A stretch of 64,000 bases of DNA from positions 30,320,001 through 30,384,000 of the forward strand of contig CM059433.1 of NCBI GenBank assembly GCA_030390025.1, in the 5' to 3' direction. Below are positions 25,311-36,475 of the stretch, one piece after another. Within the stretch, counting starts at the first letter, position 1. The number at the start of each line of letters is the position of its first letter. The notes under the pieces are model-generated. The model ran no database searches. It worked only from the letters and a program-made list of their open reading frames with translations, and was not told the origin of the DNA. The position numbers and the translations under genes were made by a program. Origin of the DNA: Squalus acanthias (taxonomy: Eukaryota).

Positions 25311-26362
25311 GTTCTGGTATCATCCTTGTGAATCTTTTTTGCACTTTCTCCAGTCTCTGAAGTGGGACTCAGATCCCACAACCTTCTTACTCAGAGGCAA
25401 GAGTGCTACCAACTGAGCCATAGCTGACACTCATTTAACATTGATGTCATCTCCTCATTCTTGACACAGAAGTGAAAAGTGTCCATCCCTTCCTGGGTAT
25501 TTGCCGTTGTCATTGTTTGACATTTGGGTCTCTATTATTAATCAGATATAAGCATGAAATATTTTTGAGTTTGTTTGGAAATCTCGATGTCAAGGAGTTG
25601 AAAGATTAGCCTTGGCTCCTGGGCGAATAAAGGCTGGTGGTATTGAAACAGGAAAATTATTACAAAAGCTGGTCTTTCAATCAGAAGAAGAGGCTCAATA
25701 TCACTTCCTACTTGAGGACAAATTACGTTGAAGAGTTTTGCAGAAGGACAAAAGGAGGTTGGATTCGCCATGCGGAAAATTAACTTTCTTCGTTGAACTG
25801 ACAGAGACTTGTGAACTAAATCAGAAGCCATATTTACAACCAGCAAGTAAGCTATTGAGGACTTTTGCACTGCATTTAGGTTAAAAGATTGCACTTTTAG
25901 CGCTATACTTTAATCTTTCCACAAACCAAGGGGTAATTACCAAATATTGTATGAATCAAAATCAAAATGAAGTTCAATCAACTTTGAACGTTTTGGGCAA
26001 TCGAATCTTAATGGTAGAATGATCTCATCCAGGGTGCACCTGCTTTGACCCTTCTCAAGCAACTAAATCAAGTAGCAAATATTACATCTTTCTGGCTGGG
26101 GATTACGCATGGCTTTGAAAAAACGGAAGAAAGGACTCATAAGACATAATTGGTTTGAAGTTGCAGCCCACAAACTTGCATTAAATGCACAGAGCCTGGC
26201 AATAGGTGGCTGACTCTCAACTGCCCTCTGAAGTTGCCTCGCAAGCCACTCAGTCGTGTTGAACCGCTAGAAGTCCCATCACCACCTTCTCAGGGCAACT
26301 AGGGAGGGGCAATAAATTCCGGCCTTGCTAGCGACACCCACATCCCGAGAATAGAATTGCCA

Positions 26363-27516
26363 GCCCACATGGCAGACTGGTCACGAAGTTAAAAGCCCAT
26401 GGGATCCAGGGCAAAGTGTCAAGTTGGATTCAAAACTAGCTTGGAGGCAGGAAGCAGAGGGTAATGGTTGACGGGTGTTTTTGTGACTGGAAGGCTGTTT
26501 CCAGTGGGGTTCCGCAGGGCTCAGTACTAGGTCCCTTGCTTTTTGTGGTATATATCAATGATCTAGACTTGAATATAGGGGGTATAATTAGGAAGTTTGC
26601 AGATGATACTAAAATCGGCTTTGTGGCTGATACTGAAGAAGGAAGCTGTAGACTGCAGGAAGATATCAATAAATTGGTCAGGTGGGCAGAACAGTGGCAA
26701 ATGGAATTAAATCCGGAGAAGTGTGAGGTAATGCATTTGGGGAGGGCTAACAAGGAAAGGGAATACACATTAAATGGTAGGACACTGAGTAGTGTAGAGG
26801 AACAAAGGGACCTTGGAGTGCATGTCCACAGATCCCTGAAGGTAGCAGGCCAGATAAGGTGGTTAAGAAGGCATACGGAGTGCTTGCCTTTATTAGCCAT
26901 GGCACAGAATACAAGAGCAGGGGGGGTTATGCTTCAACTGTATAAAACACTAGTTAGGCCTCAGCTAGAGTACTGCGTGCAGTTCTGGTCACCACATTAC
27001 AGGAAAGATGTGATTGCACTAGAGAGGGTACAGAGGAGATTTACAAGGATGTTGCCGGGAGTAGAGAATCTTAGCTATGAGGAAAGACTGGATAGGCTGG
27101 GTCTGTTTTCCTTGGAACAGAGGAGGCTGAGGGGAGACCTTATTGAGGTGTATAAAATTATGAGGGGCATAGATAAAGTGGATAGAAAGGACCTATTTCC
27201 CTTAGCAGAGGGGTCAAAAACCAGGGGGCACAGATTTAAAGTAATTGTTGGAAGGTTTAGAGGGGATTTGAGGGGAAATTTCTTCACCCAGAGGGTTGTG
27301 GGGGTCTGGAACTCACTACCTGAAAGGGTGGTAGAGGCAGGAACCCTAACCACATTTAAAAAGTACTTGGATGTGCACTTGGGATGCTGTAACCTGCAGG
27401 GCTACGGACCAAGAGCTGGGAAGTGGGATTAGGCTGGATAGCTCTTTGTTGGCCAGCATGGACACAATGGGCCGAAATGGCCTCCTTCCGTGCTGTAACT
27501 TTCTATGATTGTATGA
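26363..27516 (+). mobile_element. 5'-truncated CR1 LINE (RT and C-terminus)
   Basis: SGVPQGSVLGPLLF..KFADDTK..LYKTLVRPQLEYCVQFWSP; tail TTCTATGATTGTATGA. Confidence 0.92.
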
Positions 27517-28104
27517 ACTCTTCGGGAAGCCCTGGAGTCTTCAGGAATTGAAGATGAATCTCCAGGACACAGCTTGGAGCAACCCAAGAGAAAAATCATT
27601 GGGAGCATTAAAAAAAAAATCTTTCAACACTTTTGTTTATTAGTTATAAAAATGTTGGTGACGGGGAAAAAAAGGCTGTTTTATTGACAGTCAAGAATCA
27701 TCCAATTGAGTAACGAAGAATCTGTTCACTTACCAATTGGCCATGGGGAGGCGGGGCACCGTGAGGATTGACAAGTGGGGTGGCCAATGGGGGACTGTGG
27801 GGATGGGGCAGTTGGAGGGAGGAAGCAATGTGAAGAAACCTCCAGGAATACATCCAACCCGAGTTGGCAACCCTACCTGAGAATGAAGGAAAATAAAATA
27901 CCGTACCAACTAGGTCACCTTGGAGTTCAACTACTGCAAGGTGATGCATAAGAACTTTTATGACTTGAAAATGAGCAGCAGGGTGAGCAGAAAGCATTCT
28001 TATTAATTCACAGCACCTTTACGTGTAAAGGTCAAAGTTGAGATGGACAACAGGCGAAAAGGGGAGCACTATATAAATGCAAACTGTTGTTGTAGTCTGA
28101 AAGA

Positions 28105-28553
28105 AAAAGAAAGACTTGAATTTGTAGAGCATCCTTCACATCCAAAGCACTTTACAGTGAAGTTTAGTCACTGTTGCAATGTAGGAAACGTGCTAGCCAG
28201 TTTGCACGCAGCAAGCTCCCACAAACAGCAAATTAAAGTGCTAATGACCAGATAATCTGTTTAGTGATGTTGGTTGAGGGATATATATTGGCCAGTACAC
28301 CGGGGATAATTCCCCTGCTTGGCTTCAAAATAGTGCCATGGGATCTTTTACATCCACCTGAGAGGGCAGACAGGGCCTGCGTTTAATGTCTTACCCGAAA
28401 GACGGCACCTCCATCAGTGCAGCACTCCCTCAGTACTGCACTGAGCTGCCAGCCTAGATTTTGTGTTCAAGTGTCTGGGGTGAGACTTGTGTTCAAGTGT
28501 TTGGACTTGAAGTGACCTGAACCCACAATCTTCTGATTCAGAGGCAAAAGAAT
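28105..28553 (-). mobile_element. Deu-domain SINE (target of the RTE insertion)
   Basis: Deu core AATAGTGCCATGGGATCTTTTAC; its head region is duplicated as the RTE TSD. Confidence 0.75.
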
Positions 28554-30875
28554 CTTCTTCTCTTCTTAGGCAGTCCCTCAGAACTGAGGATGACTTGCTT
28601 CCACACTAAAAATGAGTTCTCAGGTGACTGATGAGTCCGATGCGGGATCTACAGTCTCTGTCACAGGTGGGGCAGACGGTGGTTGAAGGGGCGGGTGGGT
28701 GGGGTGCTTGGCTTGATGTGCGCTCCTTCCGCTGTTTGCGCTTGGCTTCTGCTTGCTCCCGGTGAAGAGACTCGAGGTGTTCGACGCCTTCCCGGATGCT
28801 TCTCCTCCACTTTGTGCGGTCTTGGGCCAGGGATTCCCAGGTGTCGGTGGGGATGTTGCACTTTTTCAAGGAGGCTTTGAGGGTGTCCTTGAAGCGTTTC
28901 CTCTGCCCACCTGGGGCTCTCTTGCTGTGTTGGAGCTCCGAGTAGAGCGCTTGTTTTGGGAGTCTCGTATCGGGTATGCGGATGATGTGGCCTGTCCATC
29001 GGAGTTGATCGAGCGTGGTCAAAGCTTCGATGCTGGCCTGAGTGAGAACACTGACGTTGGTGTGCCTATCCTGCCAATGGATTTGCAGGATCTTGCGGAG
29101 GCAGCGTTGGTGGTACCTCTTTAGTGCTTTGAGGTGCGTGCTGTACATGGTCCATGTCTCTGAAGCATACAGGAGGGCGGGTATCACTACTGCTCTGTAG
29201 ACCATGAGCTTGGTGCTGGGTTTGAGGTCCTGGTCTTCAAACACTCTCTTCCTCAGGCGACCGAAGGCTGCACTGGCACACTGAAGGCGGTGTTGGACTT
29301 TGTCATTGACGTCTGCTCTTGTTGACAGTAGGCTCCCGAGGTATGGAAAGTGGTCCACGTTGTCCAAGGCCTCGTCATGGATTTTGATAATCGGGGAGCA
29401 GTACTGTGTGGCGGGGCAGGTTGGTAGAGGACCTTTGTGTTACGGATGTTTAGTGTAAGGCCCATGCTCTCGTACGCTTCGGTGAAGGTGTTGACGATGG
29501 TTTGGAGTTCGGCCTCAGAGTGTGCGCAGACGCAAGTGTCGTCTGCATACTGTAATTCGATGACAGAGGATGGGATGACCTTGGATCTGGACTGGAGGTG
29601 ATGGAGGTTGAACAGTTTTCCATTTGTTCTGTAGATTAGCTCCACTCCAGCGGGGAGCTTACTGAGGGTGAGATGGAGCATTGCAGCCAGGAAGACTGAG
29701 AAGAGCGATGACACAGCCTTGCTTGACCCCGGTCCGTACGTGAATTGGGTCTGTGGTGGATCCGTTGGTCAGGATCACGGCTTGCATGTCGTCATGAAGC
29801 AAGCGGAGGATGGTGACAAACTTTTGAGGGCAGTCGAATTTGAGGAGGACACTCCATAATCCCTCACAGTTGATGGTGTCAAAGGCCTTTGTGAGGTCAA
29901 AGAAGGCCATGTACAGCGGTTGGTGCTGTTCCCTGCATTTCTCTTGTAGTTGACGCGCGGTGAAGATCATGTCCATTGTGCCCCTTAGTGGGCAGAATCC
30001 GCATTGCGACTCTGGGAGGAGCTCTTCAGTCACTGGGAGAAGGCAATTGAGGAGGATTCTTGTGATGACTTTCCCTGTGGCAGACAGCAGGGAGACTCCT
30101 CTGTAATTACCGCAATCGGACTTGTCACCTTTCTTGAAGATGGTCACGATTACGGCGTCTCTGAGATCTCCTGGCATGCTCTCCTCCTTCCAAATAAGAG
30201 AAATTAGTTCATGTATTCGCGCCAATAGTGCTTCTCCGCCATGTTTTAGTGCCTCGGCGGGGAGTCCATCTGCTCCTGAGGCCTTGTTGTTCTTCAGTTG
30301 TCGGATGGCCTTTTCAACTTCATGCCGGGCTGGGGTTGTGCTGAGGTGGTGGCGGGTAGCATGCTGCGGGATGGAGTTGAGGACACTCGCGTTGAAGACA
30401 GAGCCTCGGTTAAGGAGATCTTCGAAGTGTTCCTTCCAGCGGGCACTGACTGCCTCTCTGTCCTTGATGAGTATCTCTCCGTTCTTGGCCCGCAGTGGGG
30501 TAGGACCTTGGGTGCTTGGGCTGTAGGTGGTCTTGACTGCGCTAAAGAATCCACGCATGTCCTGGTTGTCGGCTAGCTGCTGGATCTCCTGTGCTTTCTC
30601 CACCCACCATCTGTTCTTTAGGTCGTGAGTTTTTTGTTGGACCTCGGCCTTCAGGCATCTGTAGAGCTGCTTTCTTGCTTTCGAGTTCTGTTGCTGTTTC
30701 CAGATCAGGAATGCCTTGCACTTGTGGCTTATTAGCTCCTGGATCTCCTGGTCGTTCTCGTTGAACCAGTCTTGGTGTTTCCTGGTCGAGTGACCGAGCG
30801 TCTCTTCACAGGTGCTGATTATGGAGGCCTTGAGTGCAGACCAGGCGCTGAGAACACTCTGTGTCTCTGAATCAC
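28554..30875 (-). mobile_element. 5'-truncated RTE-clade LINE with 52-bp TSD
   Basis: RT motifs NYRGVSLLS, ESQCGF, FFDLTKAFD, GVKQGC, QYADD, YLGS; C-terminal CPTC..ISHLRTH zinc finger; (AAG)-rich 3' tail; identical 52-mers at 28502-28553 and 30876-30927. Confidence 0.93.
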
Positions 30876-31425
30876 TGGACTTGAAGTGACCTGAACCCAC
30901 AATCTTCTGATTCAGAGGCAAAAGAATGACAGCTGGAGTTTGGGGAGCATGGTTGTCATATGCAGTGTTGTTCCTTTCTGAGTTGTGGAGTGGAACACAG
31001 CGGGGGTGGGCCAGAGAGTGGAAGATAGCAGGGGGGGGCCAGGGATGAGATCACAGCAAGAGACCAGAGAGTGAGCACAGAAGGGAAAGCGTGCAGTAGA
31101 GTGCAGTAAGGAGGTGAGGCTAAGAGTGGAATATAGCAGGGAGCTGTGCAGTTAGGAACAACATTTTAAAATCAAAGCCACTGGAACTTTAAGAGAAGTA
31201 GAAACTTACCTGCTCAGTAATGCCAACAAGAAATTTGATGGAGAACATTTCTCCTGTATCTAATTTCCAATCAGATGGTTATACCGGAGAGGGACAAACA
31301 ATGTTGGCCTCAAAGATCTGTGGGTTGCAATCCCAGCAGTTACCATGGGAATTGCAATTTGTTGCCAGGCATTTGACTGGCTGGTTTTGTGGTAGCTGTC
31401 AGTTCCTGATTGACAGCTTTTGCGG

Positions 31426-31480
31426 CGGGGGGGGGGGGGGGGGGGGGGGGAGTGGGGGAGGGGACGGGGGGGAGGGGGGA
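31426..31480 (+). repeat. Poly-G / G-tract cluster
   Basis: Long G run followed by several shorter G tracts. Confidence 0.85.
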
Positions 31481-32644
31481 TAACTAATTTGATTGGTTGG
31501 CTTTGAGAGAGTTTGCTGGTTGCGGTAGCTTTTCCTACCTATTTAGTGACAATCTAATAGTTGAACAGATCGTGGTCATCTAATTCATTCAATCAATCAA
31601 GACAGACGCTTTATGAAGCTATATACACATTTAAGGTGCGATGCAAACTAACTGAAAGACTTTTTACAATACAGGTAAGAATACAGATGAGAAGAAGCCA
31701 TTTGGTTCAAGAAGTTGCTATCTCCTGGCAGACTATAAATAACTTTCATTCTAATAGGCCCTACCCACCTTAGTGAATCCCCTGATGTAGATAAAGATTT
31801 CCAAGAAGATAAAGCTCTATTGACTATCTAATCTGAAACACTCAGTTCTCTGCTGGTTTACATGAATATACAAGGGGGATAGGGACTATGTGTACCAGTC
31901 AGTTTCCTTGGTAGTGTAAGAATGTTCGCCCTCTCTTCATTGTCCGTCGAGAGTTTGAATGTCAGAAGGTGGGTTAGAGAGGGACAGAACGTGAAGCTAA
32001 GCTCCAAACAATTCCAAAGGCTCGTCACAAGCACCAGATGATTTCCAGTGACATATTGATTCTTTTCCTTGATCGATGAAAAAGATGTTATGTAACTGAC
32101 GTGTTAAGGAAACATCAAGATGTCACTGGATATCATGCAGCAGTATATCTTCTATTGATTTTCGCCTGTGAAATATTGATCTGGTGGGAAGCCAAATTAC
32201 TAGTTATGGCCCCAGGGAAACAAACTGCTCTGTTCGCAGATGACGACTGTAAGAGATGGTTAGTTTTTGTTGTTTGTCCAAATACTAACAAGGTGCCTGA
32301 ATTCTGCTAAACTGCTAAGGAATAACTGCAGATAACAGCAGTTGAAAGAAAATAAGGGCTAAGAAAAACTCTATGCGATCCAGGCTCCTATGGGCTAATC
32401 TATTATCGCTAGGTTTGTTTTTATCAGGGTATATTTAAAATCCTTCAATATTGTATCATAAAACTCATGAAGGCAACTCAATTTTTTTTTCTGATTTCTC
32501 CACTCTTCTCTGTAAGGCACCAATTCTTGTTGGGATTCAGCTCCTTGGGGTCTGGGCACCATCGGATACCTCATCTAAGTGGTTATTCCTTGTGTATGAC
32601 AATGCGAATCAGCAGGTTATCAGAGGCATCACTGCCAAGGTGTT

Positions 32645-33055
32645 AGCAGTAGCTCAGTGGGTAGCACTCTCGCCTCTGGGTCAAAAGGTTGTGGGTTCAA
32701 GCCCCACTCCAGAGACTTGAACACAAAATCTAGGCTGACACTTAAGTGCAGTATTGAGGGAATGCTGCACCGTTGGAGGTGCTTTCTTTCAGATGGGATG
32801 TTAAACTGAGGCTCTGTCTGTGAAATATCCCATGGCACTATTCTGAAGAAGATCATGGTGTCTTGGCCAATATGTATCCCTCAACCAACATCATTAAAAC
32901 AGATTATCTGGTCATGTTTGTGGGACCTTGCTGTGTGCAAATTGGCTGCTGCTTTTCCTATATGACAATAATGACTGTACTTCATTGGTTGTGAAGCACT
33001 TTGGGACATCCTGAGGCCATTAAAGGTGCTATATAAATGCAAGTTCTTTTATTCT
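32645..33055 (+). mobile_element. Deu-domain SINE
   Basis: Same head, core and tail as the other copies. Confidence 0.75.
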
Positions 33056-33340
33056 TGTCATTACCTGAGATCCATGCCGGATCGTCAAGAGTGAAAAACC
33101 CTGGTTAATTTTATGTCTCTATCAAGTCCAGCAGCAGTGCGACCAATTGTAGCACTCCCTCTACTGTGTAAGCTGAGATGACCTCATTTACCTTTCTGGT
33201 CTGTTTGGGCCTTATCCACTTAGCCACAATGGGAGGTGATTAACATGTTACATAATGACAACACATATTTCATAATGGTATCATAAGGGGCCTGGTTTTA
33301 TATTTTTGTGCTGGTACTAAACCAAATTTTACATGTGTTA

Positions 33341-34143
33341 CATAAGAACATAAGAAATAGGAGCAGGAGTAGGCCAATTGGCCCCTCGAGCCTGCTCCGC
33401 CATTCAATAAGATCATGGCTGATCTGATCCTAACCGCCAATCTACTATCACAGAACCATCTCTTGAATCTAACAGAATTGGACACACGAAATAGGAGCAG
33501 GATCAGGCTACACGGCCCCTGGGCCCGCTACGCTACCCACAGGGCCATGACCGATCCGAACCTAGACTCATGTCCAAATTCCAGCCCGCTCCCCATAACC
33601 CTTAATTCCCTTTACTTCTAGGAAACTGTCTATTTCTGTTTTAAATTTATGTAATGATGTAGCTTCTACAGCTTTTTGGGGCAGCATATTCCATGGACCT
33701 ACCACCCTCTGAGTGAAGTAGTTCCTCCTCATCTCAGTTTTGAAAGAGCAGCCCCTTATTCTAAGACTATGCCCCCTAGTTCTAGTTTCACCCAACATCG
33801 GGAACATCCTCCCCGCATCCACTCGATCCAACCCCTTCACAATCTTATATGTTTTAATAAGATCGCCTCTCATTCTTCTGAACTCCAATGAGTAGAGTCC
33901 CAATCTACCCAACCTCTCCTCATATGTCCATCCCCTCATCCCCGGGATTAACCGAGTGAACCTTCTTTGTACTGACTCGAGAGCAAGTATGTCTTTTCTT
34001 AAGTATGGACACCAAAACTGTATGCAGTATTCCAGGTGCGGTCTCACCAATACCTTGTACAACTGAAGCAATACCTCCCTATTTTTATATTCTATCCCCC
34101 TAGCAATGAAAGCCAACATTCCATTGGCCTTCTTAATCACTTG
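33341..34143 (-). mobile_element. CR1 LINE 3' fragment(s)
   Basis: ORF 33568-34158 reads KKANGMLAFIARGIEYK..LVRPHLEYCIQFW; a second short CR1 tail lies at 33341-33435. Confidence 0.9.
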
Positions 34144-34626
34144 CCAATGCAAAGGCATTTTTTCACCAGTACTAACAGAAAAGTCACTCCAAAATATTGT
34201 TAGTGTGGTGATATAGCAGGTAAATCAGCACATGAAAGAGAAAAATAACCCACTTTAAATTCACGCCAACTTTTTCTCCAGCAGTGACTGTAGATAATCC
34301 ATGTTGTACTTTTACATCTAACTATATCATCCGGTTATTCATCCTAGTATTGTATTAGCTTTCTAAGTACTTCATTATATTGTCTGGATATGACAGCACA
34401 AATGTCAAAGTAAATTTGCGCATGGTCCCTTTAAGGAAACCGGCTGATGACGTGTCATCAAATGACGTCATCAGACCCGCTTCCTTCAATTGGACCGGGA
34501 AACGTGCTGGGTGGGCTTAACAAGCCCAATCGTCATATCGGAGGCCGGGATAGAGCCAGCAGTGAGGCCGCGACCCACCACTGACCTCGCCTGCCATGGA
34601 CCCGCCGAGGTAGGGAAAATTGCAGC

Positions 34627-35105
34627 CATAGAATCTTACAGCACAGAAGGAGGCCATTTGGCCCATCATGCCTGTGCCGGCTCTGTGAAAGAGCTATCCA
34701 ATTTGTCCCATTCCCCGGTTCTTTCCACATAGCTCTGCAAATTTTCTCTTTTCAAGTATATATCCCAATTCCCTTTTGAAAGTAACTAATGAATCTGCTT
34801 CCACCACCCTTTCGCAGGTAGTGCGTTTCAAATTGTAACAATTCGCTGCATTAAAACATTCTACCTCAAACCCCTCTGGTTCTTTTGGCAATTATCTTAA
34901 TTCTGTGTCCTCTGGTTACTGACTCTCGTGCCAGTGCTAACAGTTCCTGCTTATTTACTCCATCACTTTAAATCCAAAAGACAGTGCCTGAAAGCACCAA
35001 CTCTACTATTAAACAGTTTCTACCGATCTACTCTATCAAACCCTTCACAATTTTGACCATCTCCCCATAACTGTCTCTGCTCTAAGGAGAACAACCCCAG
35101 CTTCT
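34627..35105 (-). mobile_element. CR1 3'-end fragment with an internal patch
   Basis: Same family as 52795-53285. Confidence 0.7.
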
Positions 35106-35109
35106 TTAC

Positions 35110-35986
35110 TATAGCAAAATATTGCGGATGCCAGAAATCTGAAATAACAGAAAATACTGGAAACACTCAGCAGGCCAGGCAGCATCCGTGGAGAGAGAAA
35201 CAGAGTTAACGTTTCAAGTCTGTGACCCTTCGTCAGAACTGGAAAAAGTTAAAGATGTAACAGGTTTTAAGCAGGTGCAGAAGGGGGAGGGGAAGAAAGA
35301 ACAAAAGGGACGGTCTGTGATAGGGTGGAAGGCAGGAGTGATTAAATGTTGCAAATGGGGATGGCAGAATCATCAACAGCTGCCATGTGTAAAAATAGGG
35401 GCAGAGGTTATAGTCTGAAATTGTTGAACTCAATGTTGAGTCCTGAAGGCTGTAAAGTACCGAATCGAAAGATGAGGTGCTGTTCCCCGAGCTTACGTTG
35501 AGCTTCATTGAAACAGTGTAAGAGACTGAGGACAGAGAGGTCAGAGTGGGAGTGGAGTGGAGAATTAAAGTGACAAGCGACTGGAAGCTCGGGGTCACCC
35601 TTACGGACTGAACGGAGGTATTCCACAAAGCGGTCACCCAATCTGCGTTTGGTCTCCCCAATGTAGAGGAGACCGCATCGAGAGCAGCAAATACAGTATA
35701 CTAAATTGCAAGAAGTACAAGTAAATCGCTGTTTCACCTGGAAGGGGTGTTTGGGGCCCTGGACAATGGGAAAGGAGGAGGTGAAAGGGCAGGTGTTGCA
35801 TCTCCTGCGCTTGCTGGTGCCGTGGGGAGGGGAGGGGCTGTTGGGGGTGATAGAGGCATGGACCAGGGTGTTGCGGAGGGAGCGGTCCCTTCCGAATGCT
35901 GACAGGGGAGGGGGGAAGATGCGTTTGGTGGTGGGATCACGCTGGAGGTAGCGGAAATGGCAGAGGATGATCCGTTGAATGTGGGA
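35110..35986 (-). mobile_element. Penelope-like family A 3' fragment with intact hammerhead motif (~35203-35240)
   Basis: GIY-YIG ORF 35408-35737; minus strand reads agtt-CTGACGA-agggtcacagactt-GAAAC-GTT-aact. Confidence 0.88.
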
Positions 35987-36302
35987 GCTTCTTTAGCCTC
36001 TCCACATAACTGAACTCCCTCATCCCTGCTACCATTCTAGTAAAACTCCTCAGCACCTTCTCCAAGGCCTTGACACCCTTCTTAAAATGTGGTGCCCAGA
36101 ATTGGGCGCAATACTCCAGCTGGGGCCTAACTGTTCTGGTAAATCTCCTCTGCAGCCCTCCCCAAGGCCTCAATAAGGCCTCAACATTGATCAGACTCAT
36201 TAGATTCATGAAATCAGCAGAAGCAATTTTCCCCTCCAGCCTGCTGTTTAAGCCTTCTCAATGTTAAAAAGAAATTTGCCACATTTTCAGTTCATTCATT
36301 AC

Positions 36303-36475
36303 CGTCATCACAGAGGACTCCAGCTCTTCCGTAGGGACAAAGGCAGACAGGATCTCCGCTGGCCTTCGGCACGCAGGTGGCACCATGCCCGCATGGGCTC
36401 CCCTCACATCCTGCAAACTGGCAGAGTTTTCCGTTGTACGGCCTAGGGCAATCACAGAACCAGCTCTCTGTGTCA
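36303..36475 (-). CDS. EYS: EYS coding exon (173 bp), EGF-like repeats
   Basis: Translates DTESWFCDCPRPYNGKLCQFAGCEGSPCGHGATCVPKASGDPVCLCPYGRAGVLCDD, which I recognise as EYS (GKLCQFASCENNPCGNGATCVPKSGTDIVCLCPYGRSGPLC). Acceptor ttcctttAG, donor GTAATG; splices in frame to 8154-8336. Confidence 0.95.

Noticed and set aside
25538..25894. 118-aa minus-strand ORF in non-repeat DNA as a possible extra EYS exon
   Set aside because: No EGF or LamG motifs, and the two flanking exons already join in frame to give contiguous EYS sequence.
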